Shown here piece by piece: positions 17,863 to 27,796 of a DNA stretch of 64,000 nt (position 1 is its first letter; every line of letters begins with the position of its first letter). Made by a program: the position numbers and the translations under genes. The stretch covers positions 52,553 to 116,552 of the forward strand of contig JAPLFY010000031.1 of assembly GCA_026390435.1 (NCBI GenBank). Reading direction: 5' to 3'. The stretch comes from Pseudomonadota bacterium (GTDB lineage: Bacteria; Bdellovibrionota_B; Oligoflexia; Oligoflexales; CAIYRB01). The notes below the pieces were generated by a model. The model saw nothing but the letters and a program-made list of their open reading frames with translations, did no database searches and had not been told where the DNA came from.

Positions 17863-19068
17863 CTAACGAACAGCCGCAGGCTGCAGCTCGTTGATATACG
17901 AACGAGCTAGGTCCTTGACCTCAGCGCTTGCGCCAGCCGTTTGAGTCACCTCCCGAAATAACCGTACCGCCTCATTGGGACGCTTCAGATGATCAGCAAA
18001 AAGCACACCCAAATTGAATCTCGCATACGGATTGTCGGGACCTATATCGACCGCCCTGGAAAACGACGTCTTAGCGCCACTGTAATTTCCTTGACGTTTT
18101 TGCACCACACCCAGGGCCACCAAGGCATCAACATTTTGAGGATCAAGCTTAAGCGCCTGCAGGAGGTCCTCTTCAGCAGCACTGAATTCCATGCTTTCTG
18201 TGCTAAGAACCGCACGATTCACCAATGCAGGAGTATAAGCCGGCGAAACTTGCAAAGCCTTATCAAAAAGAATTCTTGACTCATCCGCCAACTTTCTCTT
18301 CTGCATAATCACGCCCAGCAAATTAAATAAGCTGGCGCTATCTTGGACCCGATCAAGACCGCGACGCACAACAAACTCGGCTACAGAATCGCGACCAGCA
18401 GCAATATATGAAGCACCAAGAGTCGCATATGCTGGCGCAAACGTCTTATCAATACCGATCAAGTCACTTAATACCTTGTGACCTTTTTCACGATCACCGC
18501 GCGAAATATAAGCTAATGCGAGTGTATAGCGGTATTTGAAAACAAGTGATTGCGCCACACCATCTTGAGTACTGATAGCCTCTTTTGCTTGTGCTAAAAA
18601 GTCAAACGCGTCGGTGGAGCGCTGAAGACGCAGGTAAAGTGCAGCGAGTTCAAGCATCGCTTCAGCATTACCACTATCCCGACGCAAAGCCTGCCTATAA
18701 GACGATTCAGCCGCCACAAGCCTACCGACAACCAGCTCAGCTTTTCCTTTAGCAATCAAATCTGCAGCAGAATCTTTCGTCTTCCAAGTATCTAGACGCT
18801 GCTCCAGCAGAGAACGCTCCTTAGCGTTTGGTGGCGGCTTAAAAAATGAGCGCCAGTTTGTCGCAGCGCCGAGAGGAATGCCGGTCGAATTTTTATCATT
18901 ATTATCTAGACCAGTGCCTAGATTATTTTTCTTTTTCGTCTTTGATTTTGCTGTCATTCCGATATCTAAATCTAGATCATTGCCGTCCGCTGACTCACTA
19001 GAACTTCCGGCACAACCTAAAGTTGTGACGAAAAAAATCGAAATGATCATTGATCTCAGCTTTACCAT
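17863..19068 (-). CDS. TPR lipoprotein, AglT/GltE-like
   Basis: Lipobox TLGC; multiple TPRs; C-terminal ARFNLGVLFADHLKRPNEA; start moved to ATG 19068. Confidence 0.75.
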   Translation of the reverse strand: MVKLRSMIISIFFVTTLGCAGSSSESADGNDLDLDIGMTAKSKTKKKNNLGTGLDNNDKNSTGIPLGAATNWRSFFKPPPNAKERSLLEQRLDTWKTKDSAADLIAKGKAELVVGRLVAAESSYRQALRRDSGNAEAMLELAALYLRLQRSTDAFDFLAQAKEAISTQDGVAQSLVFKYRYTLALAYISRGDREKGHKVLSDLIGIDKTFAPAYATLGASYIAAGRDSVAEFVVRRGLDRVQDSASLFNLLGVIMQKRKLADESRILFDKALQVSPAYTPALVNRAVLSTESMEFSAAEEDLLQALKLDPQNVDALVALGVVQKRQGNYSGAKTSFSRAVDIGPDNPYARFNLGVLFADHLKRPNEAVRLFREVTQTAGASAEVKDLARSYINELQPAAVR

Positions 19069-19070
19069 GA

Positions 19071-22000
19071 TCAAAGGCTCCAATCGGAGGGGATATTATT
19101 CTGTGTCGCGGTCGGCATTATGTCCTTATGACGAATAATCTCATCAGAGGTCGCGGCTCCACTTAGCCTCATAGTTGATTTATTCGTCCACTCATTGTCC
19201 CGGTACTGACTCGGGTTCTTACGTGCCGCAAGAACATTTGCGCTAAAGTATTTTCGACTGAGTGCCTGCAGCCTCAGTATCGTCGCATTATAGCGACTTT
19301 GCGATTTAAGAGTCACCGATTCACCACTACGATTTGGAATCGCGGCGATTTCGTTTGATAGGGTCTCAGCTGCGGCACCGATATAAAAACGAGCTTCACT
19401 AGCCCAGCGAGGATCTCCTGGGGCTGCTGCACGATCATATTCTGTAACCAGATTTGCGAAATATTCGCTCTTCTTATCGACATTGGCACTTATATCGCCA
19501 CCACGCTCAACAATATGGAAATCATCAAATTGCCGCCGAGCTTCGTCGCCCAACATCACATGTGCCTCTCCAGACAAAGCAGCAAACTCCTGAGCCGACA
19601 TCTTAGCTGCATTTTTATCTATTTGCTTCGCCAACACAGTAAGATCGTCTAGAGCCTCCTGCTCTGAGCCTGACTTAAATATTAGACGCGCAACCTGCAG
19701 CTGAGCGACAAAACGTTCAGCTGGCGTACGACTTGCTCGCTGACCCTTCCGCGCTATTTGCAGAGCTCGATTTGGATTGCCATCTTTGTCTAGATGATCT
19801 GCCGCACGGGTATAGTTACCCCGACGTTGCTTCTCGGATGCAGATCTCTCGGCCTGCATCATCGCCGCACGAGCAGCGAGAGCAAAGTCGCCCTCGGCCA
19901 GAGCAAGGCGCTCCGCCCTAACAGCGCTGGTTAAAGCACGTGGATGCGTCGCAAATTTTTCCGCCAAATCTGCATAACTCTTAGCAGCATCATGCAATCG
20001 CAATTGGTACTCTTGAGAGCGCGCTAAAAGATAGAGCATGTCTCCCCGGTACATAGGCAAACCAGCGCTAAGATAGTTTTCAGCTGATTTCTGTGCCGCA
20101 CTCCAATCACCACCGATAGCAAGATGATAGGCGCCATCACGATAAATTCGGTCTCGCTCCGGGAGTTTCGGAAACTCCTCGGCAATCCCCACCATCAACT
20201 CACCTGCCTCGGTCATCTTACCGGTTCCGACCAATATTTTACCTTGTTCAATGGTAGCGGTGGACAGAACACCAGTCAGTTCCGTAGCGATGGTAAGGCC
20301 CAGCGCCGACCAGTCCTCAAGTTTCAAGTAACGGCGCGAAGCGTCCACTACTTCTGCCGGACTTCCTATCTTCAGAGCAGTCAAAATCAATCCGCGGACA
20401 GCAATCCCTCGTTGAGGTGGTGATGGTTGCGACACCAAAACTCTTTGCCAAAAGCGACTAGCCTCTGCCATCCGGTTCATATCGCGATTAGAACTAGCGC
20501 CGACTAATAGCAAGTCAACTGCTCTACTCTGCCCAGCAAAGCGAGCCGAGAACTCATCGATGCTCTTCTCTAAATCCCCAAGAGCTAAAAGAGTTGCTGC
20601 ATCTTTATAAGAATCGTCATTATGCGAGATTGCTTTACTAAAGGCCTCCCGCCACCTTTTCTCGTTTGTCAGGACTAACTGATAAGATGCGATCTGAAGT
20701 GTTTCACTATCGACCTTGAAATCTGTTTTCAGCGCACTATATAGCTTAGCCGCCTCTTCAATATTTTCTGAAAAATATGCACAATGTGCACGTCTTAGGC
20801 GCCACTCATTTGCTGAGGAGTCGTTAGGGGCAAAGTCTAACAACATCTCGTAAAAGGATGCTGCTGCGATGAAAACCTTACTGCTACCCGAGGCCAGCCC
20901 TATGTCATAGTTTTGCGCTGCAACCAACTCCACAGCCTTGCGAGACGCGTCTTCCATACTATGGATTGCAATTAAGTCAGTTTTATAACGTGCCCGCCAT
21001 AGACTTTGCGTAGGCAATAGCGAAGCCAAATTCTCTAGATCCTGAAGACGCCTAGCTGGGTTTCCTAGCTTTGACCACGCGTCAGCCGTTACTTGTAGAA
21101 TCTCCGGCCTCTCGCGAGCCATAGGCACCTCCTGGACGAGGTAATCACCTAGCTCTGCTGCCTGTGCATAGATCGCGTTGGCGTAATAGCGCTTAACCGT
21201 TCGGAGTCCAATCGCACCGATGTAATCATTAAGTTCGCGGCGTCTAAGCGTGGAAAGAGTCTTTTCCGACACATTTTGTTCGTATAATGAGTCGCCAATC
21301 AGTTCAATTGCATCTCGTTGAATTTGTCGCTTTTGCTCTGCAGAGCCGGTGTGAATAGAAGGGGTTAAAAGATCAGTTGCAGCAGAGATAGCGACCTCCA
21401 ACTCGGCGGCTCTATATGCTGCCCACCCGAGTCGATAGTCTAGCCGCACTCTCTCGTACTCTGGATCCTCAGCATTAACTGAAGGTAAAAGCGTTAATGC
21501 TTTTTGATAGGCGCGCATTGCCTCTACTGGCTTTTCACGCTTAAACATGTAATCACCCACAGCGATTCTCGCATGAACGCCATATATTGTGGTTTGCGCT
21601 GTAGCCGCCAGACTCTGCCATACAGCCAGAGCCTCATCGTCTCGTCCCATAGCGGCAAATACCGTGGCGCGCAGATACATTGCCTGTTCGCGGTAAGTGA
21701 ACGTTCTGTAGTTAGTATCGAGATCATTGAGGAGTGCTAGGGACTCACTTCGCGCGAACGTTCCCGCGTCAGGATCTTCGGACGACTGATGATCACCAAT
21801 CAGGGATAATATCTGGGCCAGATTTAACATGACATAGGGACGACTCTCGACATTCACATGTGAGGTCAAATGTGAGCGATAAGTAGCTGCAGATTTCTGC
21901 AACGAGGCCAACTCAGAGGCCGAAATTTTTGCGCGTTCCCGCTGGTAGCTCTTTTTAACCTGCAGCCAGGCATCATTGAATCGCTTCTCGCCGTCCCTTA

Positions 22001-22178
22001 ATAGGTTATATTCATAAGATTCAAAGGCATTCCAATATTTTTTTAAAGCGTCTACTGCCTGTGGATCCGCAACCTCAGCCGGAAACTCCGACTTAGCCTC
22101 GGCCAAAGCCCATTGAGCCTGCATGAGCAAAATTACAGCTAATATAATGAAATTATTGATTATTTTGGCCATTGCCAT
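19071..22178 (-). CDS. Large secreted TPR protein, AgmU/GltD-like
   Basis: Signal peptide ending ALA; about 1000 aa of TPR-like helical repeats; overlaps its upstream neighbour. Confidence 0.75.
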   Translation of the reverse strand: MAMAKIINNFIILAVILLMQAQWALAEAKSEFPAEVADPQAVDALKKYWNAFESYEYNLLRDGEKRFNDAWLQVKKSYQRERAKISASELASLQKSAATYRSHLTSHVNVESRPYVMLNLAQILSLIGDHQSSEDPDAGTFARSESLALLNDLDTNYRTFTYREQAMYLRATVFAAMGRDDEALAVWQSLAATAQTTIYGVHARIAVGDYMFKREKPVEAMRAYQKALTLLPSVNAEDPEYERVRLDYRLGWAAYRAAELEVAISAATDLLTPSIHTGSAEQKRQIQRDAIELIGDSLYEQNVSEKTLSTLRRRELNDYIGAIGLRTVKRYYANAIYAQAAELGDYLVQEVPMARERPEILQVTADAWSKLGNPARRLQDLENLASLLPTQSLWRARYKTDLIAIHSMEDASRKAVELVAAQNYDIGLASGSSKVFIAAASFYEMLLDFAPNDSSANEWRLRRAHCAYFSENIEEAAKLYSALKTDFKVDSETLQIASYQLVLTNEKRWREAFSKAISHNDDSYKDAATLLALGDLEKSIDEFSARFAGQSRAVDLLLVGASSNRDMNRMAEASRFWQRVLVSQPSPPQRGIAVRGLILTALKIGSPAEVVDASRRYLKLEDWSALGLTIATELTGVLSTATIEQGKILVGTGKMTEAGELMVGIAEEFPKLPERDRIYRDGAYHLAIGGDWSAAQKSAENYLSAGLPMYRGDMLYLLARSQEYQLRLHDAAKSYADLAEKFATHPRALTSAVRAERLALAEGDFALAARAAMMQAERSASEKQRRGNYTRAADHLDKDGNPNRALQIARKGQRASRTPAERFVAQLQVARLIFKSGSEQEALDDLTVLAKQIDKNAAKMSAQEFAALSGEAHVMLGDEARRQFDDFHIVERGGDISANVDKKSEYFANLVTEYDRAAAPGDPRWASEARFYIGAAAETLSNEIAAIPNRSGESVTLKSQSRYNATILRLQALSRKYFSANVLAARKNPSQYRDNEWTNKSTMRLSGAATSDEIIRHKDIMPTATQNNIPSDWSL

Positions 22179-24496
22179 AACGCTCCTTGTTGGAGACCCA
22201 AGAGATTGTCACGTAGAATCTGTTGCTCGAGATTATTCCGTTCCTGCAGCTTCTTATCTTCTTCCAGACTGTTTTTATAAGTTAAATAATCAATATCGCC
22301 CTGCCATTTTTTATTGCGAGCGAAGCGCTCACTAATCGCACGGCTATACTGATCAACTATGGAGGACAAGGTCTGCCCTAGGTGGTTAGCCAGCAAATTT
22401 GTGACATCGTTTAACTGTCCATTCAACTCGTCAAAACGACGTTCTTGGCCATCTAGATCACTTAGTAAACTCGAAAGGCCGCTGGCGACATCTCTATCCA
22501 ACGCATCCATTTGCTTAAAAAGTGTAGATGCCAGAAAGCGCCACTGCTCCCAGGACTTCGCTATATCGTCAGCGTTTAAGCGATCAGCCGGCGAAGCGAC
22601 CTGATCGCGAATCTTGGCAAGGGCACCTCCCTCTTCAACAAGAGCACCTGCATAAGAGGCAAAAAACTTTCCGGAGGCGCGGTGAGGGCTCTCATTAAGC
22701 AAGTCAGATACTCGACGACGTCGCACCGCTTCAAGAGCCTTTGCCACGTACTCCTGAAGTTTTTCCGATCTTGTGCGCAGCTCAGTTAGCCTAGCCTTAG
22801 GATCAGTAAAGTCTTTACCCTTGTTCATCGAATCTCTCAGGAATTGACTCGATGCGATCTCGGCCTGAGCAAACTTAAGCTTGGCCGACGCATCAGCTAA
22901 ACGCTTTGTCATGTCAGCAAACGTAGTAAAAATCTCCCAATTACTCGCACGCCGATGACTGACAGCTGCTGAACTCAATAAACTTGCGCGCCGATTGAAA
23001 GATGCATCCAATTTCTGTTTGTCGATTTCTGAAATCCTGGTTTCACAAAGGTTTCTTTCAACCGCAATTAAACGATGTCCAATCTTTAATAATTCGTCCG
23101 AGGCACTGCCCAGCTGAGTCGCTTTATTTACCCAGAATGGACGAATATCATCGATATTAGCTCTACCTACAGTGAAGATCGTATTACGGACAGAGCCTCG
23201 AATATCAGTGAGACGCCGAGAAAGCTCGGCTAATCTAGAGTAGAATTCAGTCGACACACGGACCGATGGCGGTACAGGTAACTGAGCTCCCGTAATCGAC
23301 GAAATGTCGTCTAGTGTCGTTTGATTTATCGTCGCTTGATTACTTAAATTCTTGTGTAACCATGCCTTTATGTCATTCAATCTCTTGTCAGCAGCGACTA
23401 TCGATTCACGCGCAGATTTTAGATCACCTGCACGCATATCAAGATACGCCAACAGCATCCGGATCTGCAGCGCATCCGGTCCATCAGGCCAACGGCCCAG
23501 GTATAATAAAGACTTTGCGCGTGCCTCGCCGTCTTGTTTAAGATCTAGATGGACATATATACTTTCGAAAACTGCATCTTTAAATGCAAGGGAATCAGAA
23601 TCTATTAGTTTGTACAACTTAAGGCTGGTCTCGCGCTTTCTCTGCTTAACAGATAAACGAGCCAGCGCTAATCTAGCAAGGTCACGCGTGGAATCGTCTT
23701 TATCTATAAGGATGACTTGCCCAAGGATGTCCTCGGCCAGGTCAAATTCCTGTCGGCCGAGAGCTAATATAGCAAGCATATACATTGATTTTGCTTTGAT
23801 GACTGGATCGTTCGGGGATGCTGCCGCACGTTCGAACCAAGTCGTTGCGATTTTATCTTCACCGGCATTAGCCGCTGCTTTAGCAACGTAGTAATAGATT
23901 AAGGGTTGCACGTCCTGAGGCAGATCCAAACTTGTGATCGAAGCCAACAGCTGTCTTAGTTCATTCTTATTTCCAACGGAACTAGACAGAGGAATCATTC
24001 GCCTAAGGACATCAATGAGTTCCTCGTGATCTTGGGACTCGGCAGTGAGAAAACTCGATAGATAGCGAAAGTATGCGCGCAGAGCCTTTTCTTTGTACTG
24101 CAGATTCTCATATGATAAACCCAGTATATACTGCGCCTTAAGGTAACTTTTAATCTCCGGAACCTGAGTTTGATTTAGAAAGTTATTAAATTCACGGATC
24201 GCAGATGTCCACTCATTATGCGAGAAAAACTCGAGTGCATTGCTCCATGAACGCTCAGCTGAAGCTGTTTGAGGACCGAGTCCAAGGCGTCCATTCAGAT
24301 TTTCATTGGCGTCGAGGCGGCGACTCCAATTGTTGAGATCGGTCTTTATGAGCTCCAACTCTGTTTCTGGCTCCTTGACGCTGTTGGCAGGTGAAGGAGC
24401 GGCCACCAACGACTGCGAGACAATAAAAAAGAGAGCTAATGCAGTGGAATATTGCATAATTGTCACTATAAAATATTTTGAAATACTGGATCTCAA
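22160..24496 (-). CDS. Secreted TPR/coiled-coil protein (GltC-like by position)
   Basis: Signal peptide, N-terminal TPRs (KAQYILGLSY, SMYMLAILAL), C-terminal coiled coil. True start may be ATG 24457. Confidence 0.72.
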   Translation of the reverse strand: MRSSISKYFIVTIMQYSTALALFFIVSQSLVAAPSPANSVKEPETELELIKTDLNNWSRRLDANENLNGRLGLGPQTASAERSWSNALEFFSHNEWTSAIREFNNFLNQTQVPEIKSYLKAQYILGLSYENLQYKEKALRAYFRYLSSFLTAESQDHEELIDVLRRMIPLSSSVGNKNELRQLLASITSLDLPQDVQPLIYYYVAKAAANAGEDKIATTWFERAAASPNDPVIKAKSMYMLAILALGRQEFDLAEDILGQVILIDKDDSTRDLARLALARLSVKQRKRETSLKLYKLIDSDSLAFKDAVFESIYVHLDLKQDGEARAKSLLYLGRWPDGPDALQIRMLLAYLDMRAGDLKSARESIVAADKRLNDIKAWLHKNLSNQATINQTTLDDISSITGAQLPVPPSVRVSTEFYSRLAELSRRLTDIRGSVRNTIFTVGRANIDDIRPFWVNKATQLGSASDELLKIGHRLIAVERNLCETRISEIDKQKLDASFNRRASLLSSAAVSHRRASNWEIFTTFADMTKRLADASAKLKFAQAEIASSQFLRDSMNKGKDFTDPKARLTELRTRSEKLQEYVAKALEAVRRRRVSDLLNESPHRASGKFFASYAGALVEEGGALAKIRDQVASPADRLNADDIAKSWEQWRFLASTLFKQMDALDRDVASGLSSLLSDLDGQERRFDELNGQLNDVTNLLANHLGQTLSSIVDQYSRAISERFARNKKWQGDIDYLTYKNSLEEDKKLQERNNLEQQILRDNLLGLQQGALWQWPK

Positions 24497-25257
24497 ATGA
24501 TTTCCTTAATTGTCACATCAGGATTTTCATCAAGTTTTTCTGGTGGTTTAATCGCTATGACAAAGCGACTCTTGCTAGAAGCACCGGTGATATTCAAATT
24601 AAAACTCTTACTGATAAAACGATAAACATCGCCATTCAAAGGCAATTCAGGGTTTTGGCGCAGGACTAAGCGCACCTCCAAATCGAGCCGATGCACACCA
24701 GGCTGTAATGGGCCCGCATAAACAGGCACTGACTTTGACGGCAGCCACATGCCGGCAGCATCGGAAAGGCTATAAAGCTCATAGCCATCAAGCTTGATTT
24801 GAAGTGACTTAATGGCAGCTTTATCAGTCTCGATTAACTCAGCATCCACGGAGACATAATTATTGACCGCCGCCTCATCGACCACTGTTTGCTTGGTTTT
24901 CTGAACATTGCCAGCCAATTGATCAACCTGCCGCTCTAGATCCTTGATAAGGAGATCGATCGCTTTAAGTTTGTCTTTATCTGGTGTCGATGCCTCAACC
25001 TTGCCACCTTTGAACTTGAATTTTTTACTGGTTTTTTCTGGTGAGCTCTTCAAGAATCCGGGATCACTTTGGCGCTCGCCAAAAGTTAAACCATCCGCCT
25101 CTTGGTCCAGTAAACGTTTCTCCAAGCGATCCAAAATCGAATCAACGTGACCGATAGCACCATCCTGGGCAAAGGCCCCTAATTCGGTTACAAAGCAAAT
25201 AAAAAAGAAGCAAAGACTGAGGAAAAATTTTTTGAGCATCTTCATAATTACAGTCAT
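24493..25257 (-). CDS. Secreted protein: coiled coil plus beta-sandwich domain
   Basis: Signal peptide; LDGYELY...YAGPLQPGVHRL beta domain recalls a myxobacterial family encoded beside TPR clusters (from memory); ATGA overlap with the upstream transglycosylase. Confidence 0.7.
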   Translation of the reverse strand: MTVIMKMLKKFFLSLCFFFICFVTELGAFAQDGAIGHVDSILDRLEKRLLDQEADGLTFGERQSDPGFLKSSPEKTSKKFKFKGGKVEASTPDKDKLKAIDLLIKDLERQVDQLAGNVQKTKQTVVDEAAVNNYVSVDAELIETDKAAIKSLQIKLDGYELYSLSDAAGMWLPSKSVPVYAGPLQPGVHRLDLEVRLVLRQNPELPLNGDVYRFISKSFNLNITGASSKSRFVIAIKPPEKLDENPDVTIKEII

Positions 25258-26501
25258 CTCCGGGCATAGCGCTTGGCTTGAAAAGTTCGAATCCCTAACT
25301 TGATGGCCTTGGCCTGCCGCTTTGGCACTTTAATTTCATAAAAAGCTGGCAGAGGTCGCTGGAAACCAGCCGAAAGAGCTGTGTCCAGCAGACATGGATT
25401 TAGTGACGCGAGATTTTCTTTAGACAGCGTCGTATTCTGAACTAGTTGAGCAACTGATATTGGATGCTGCAAAATCACCGATGAAGTCAGAATGCTAGGA
25501 TCCGCTTTCGGAATTTTTTTCTGCCGATAGAGTCGATCATAGCTATCTGCTGCTGCGAGAAATTCGGAATAGAAACTCCGGCTCGCGAAGCCAAAACTTG
25601 GTGATTTATAAGTCTCGACAATCGAACCTATATCCTTTGTGCCCAACTTCTTGACAGCCTTAGCCATGCCCACGACGCCGTGGTTATAGGCCGTGATCGC
25701 CAGTGGCCAGCTACCAAGCATGCGGTAATTGTTTGCCAGAAACTGGGCCGCCGCTTTGGTTGACTTTTCTGGTGAATTTCGTTCATCAATCAAATTATTC
25801 ACAAAAATATAATGACGAGCCGTTTGCGGCATGAATTGCCATATACCAGAGGCTCCGACTTTTGACCGAGCCCTAAGATTAAACATCGATTCCACAAAAG
25901 GCAGGCGAGTTAGGATCGTAGGTACTCCGTAGCGCAGGAAAATCTTCTCCATAGTCGGCAGATGCACCTGCGCATTCTTGGAGGCAAAGATAAAATCATC
26001 AGCTAGACCGCTCTGAGCTCTGAGCTTTACCTCTCCCTTATAAAGACGCTGGAGCGCGGCCGGACTTGAGCGATAGGCCTCAAATAAGCGTTTTTCTGCC
26101 TCGCCTCGTTGAAGGGCAGCCTCTCCCTCTTTCGCAAAATGTTCTGCTGCGCTTAAATACTGCTTGAGGTTGCGAGTCGTAACTTCATCACGATCTTTGC
26201 GCGGCACCGTAAAAGAATTTTTATTTTTCTCGGAAGGAGAGTAGTCAATGAACTCGACGACTCGATCTGGATCAGAGGCATCATGAACCACTACAGTAGT
26301 CGATGGATATTCGTAAAATATTTTTCGCCAAAACCTGACCTGTTTGCGCACTGCAGCAGGGCGTGGGAATAAATCATCGTCTCGAATCATTGTCGACTTC
26401 GAGTCTCGCGCGCCAGTAACCACCGCAAATGCTGGGCCGGCTGCACTGCAGCTGATCACAGTACATAGGAGGGTTGTGGCCAAGCGTAAGCTGGACGTCA
26501 C
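25254..26501 (-). CDS. Lytic transglycosylase, MltD-like SLT domain
   Basis: FVESMF (catalytic Glu), GASGIWQFM, AITAYNHG; signal peptide; degenerate LysM-like tail (LASLNP); GTG start with GGAG RBS. Confidence 0.9.
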   Translation of the reverse strand: MTSSLRLATTLLCTVISCSAAGPAFAVVTGARDSKSTMIRDDDLFPRPAAVRKQVRFWRKIFYEYPSTTVVVHDASDPDRVVEFIDYSPSEKNKNSFTVPRKDRDEVTTRNLKQYLSAAEHFAKEGEAALQRGEAEKRLFEAYRSSPAALQRLYKGEVKLRAQSGLADDFIFASKNAQVHLPTMEKIFLRYGVPTILTRLPFVESMFNLRARSKVGASGIWQFMPQTARHYIFVNNLIDERNSPEKSTKAAAQFLANNYRMLGSWPLAITAYNHGVVGMAKAVKKLGTKDIGSIVETYKSPSFGFASRSFYSEFLAAADSYDRLYRQKKIPKADPSILTSSVILQHPISVAQLVQNTTLSKENLASLNPCLLDTALSAGFQRPLPAFYEIKVPKRQAKAIKLGIRTFQAKRYARR

Positions 26502-26624
26502 GACAAAGACTCCGAATAATCTGGTAGTTTGAACCGGGAGATAAAGTAGGAACTACAGACGGACGACGAGATCGAGCGACTTAAATGAATAGGACACATG
26601 GAATGATACAATTAGCCTATTGAC

Positions 26625-26654
26625 AGTATAGCTGCACCGACTGGGGCCGGGCAA
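26625..26654 (-). promoter_or_regulatory. Candidate sigma70 promoter for the mltD-TPR operon (TTGCCC-N18-TATACT)
   Basis: Both hexamers read on the minus strand; about 120 nt upstream of GTG 26501. Confidence 0.4.
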
Positions 26655-26769
26655 ACCGGGGGCTACCGGAGGACGGGACCTCTTTCTATTGACCGTTGCC
26701 ATAAGTTATAGTAACCATCAGAATTCCCTGACGATTAGGCGCCTCTTTGGCCTAACAAGCATGGTTGAT

Positions 26770-26845
26770 CGGGCCGTAGCGCAGTTGGTAGCGCGCACGC
26801 TTGGGGTGCGTGAGGTCGTGAGTTCGAATCTCGCCGGCCCGACCA
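26770..26845 (+). tRNA. tRNA-Pro(GGG)
   Basis: CGGGCCGTAGCGCAGTTGGTAGCGCG-CACGC-TTGGGGT-GCGTG-AGGTCGTGAGTTCGAATC...CCCGACCA; C1:G72 pair typical of tRNA-Pro. Confidence 0.95.
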
Positions 26846-26971
26846 AACCCTACTTCAAGGCTCCGCCTTGAGCACAGATTCAGATCCTTCCAGAGGTACT
26901 GAAGAGTCTCTATTTTTATGTGGGCTGTGAAGCGCGAGAGCTTGAGCTAACGACCTTAGCTCCTAGCTCTT

Positions 26972-27796
26972 CTAAACCGAAAGCGATGCCACCCACTCAG
27001 CCAGCTCAACAAACTCTTCCGGCGCCAAGCTATCTGCACGCCGATTAAGATCAATCGGGCACGAGGCCATTTCTTGGCCATCAGTCAAAGTCTGTATGCT
27101 ATTGCTCAACTTTTTGCGCCTTTGAGAAAAGGCAACACGAGTTAATTTCTCAGTCCGAGCGAGTATGTCGGTATCGAGTTGAGCCTCGCGCGGGCGTATC
27201 ATCATGACCGCGCTATCTACCTTCGGCACTGGCTCAAAACAGGTACGAGGCACTTCGAATTCCATCGTAACTTTTGCACGCAACTGAGCAAACACAGTAA
27301 GACTGCCGAAATCTTTGGTGCTCGGCTTTGCTGCAACGCGCGCCGCGAACTCAAGCTGAGTCATCACTAGAATAGCTTGAAATTTCAGGACATGCTCGAT
27401 GCCAAGCTGAATAATTTGACTGGAAATATGATAGGGAATGTTACCAACAAGCGCGGTATTGCCTGCGCCTCCAACCAACAATTCGTCCAAGTTGCAGCGC
27501 AAGATATCTTCGTTCACGACCGTTAACTTTCCGGGCGTCACACTCTCCCAGAGCTCGGTCTGAGACCTTAAATGCTCGGCAAACCTTGGGTCCTTTTCCA
27601 CTGCGGTGACTTGATATCCCTCGCCCAGCAAAGCTCGCGTGAGAACACCGCCACCTGGTCCTATTTCAATGACTCGTTTCACGGCAAGATCCGCCAGTAA
27701 TGCGACCATCCGTTTAACTGGCCAATCGACTTTAAGAAATATCTGGCTGAGTGATTTTTTTTGATGCAGAGGGTCGCGCTGATTACGGCGTTGCAT
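26972..27796 (-). CDS. rsmA: 16S rRNA m6,2A dimethyltransferase KsgA
   Basis: KKSLSQIFL (GQNFL-like), EIGPGGG, VEKD, GNIPY, FEPVPKVDSA, AFSQRRK. Confidence 0.92.
   Translation of the reverse strand: MQRRNQRDPLHQKKSLSQIFLKVDWPVKRMVALLADLAVKRVIEIGPGGGVLTRALLGEGYQVTAVEKDPRFAEHLRSQTELWESVTPGKLTVVNEDILRCNLDELLVGGAGNTALVGNIPYHISSQIIQLGIEHVLKFQAILVMTQLEFAARVAAKPSTKDFGSLTVFAQLRAKVTMEFEVPRTCFEPVPKVDSAVMMIRPREAQLDTDILARTEKLTRVAFSQRRKKLSNSIQTLTDGQEMASCPIDLNRRADSLAPEEFVELAEWVASLSV

Noticed and set aside
26641-26685. GC-rich segment with GGCAAACC resembling the start of a c-di-GMP-I (GEMM) riboswitch
   Set aside because: No GNRA tetraloop, no GACGCAAAGC and no P2 stem; it is better explained as the spacer and -35 of the minus-strand promoter.
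26855-26970. Hairpins after tRNA-Pro (26855-26871) and after rsmA (about 26937-26970) as intrinsic terminators
   Set aside because: The stems are real but lack adjacent U-tracts on the relevant strand; not called.
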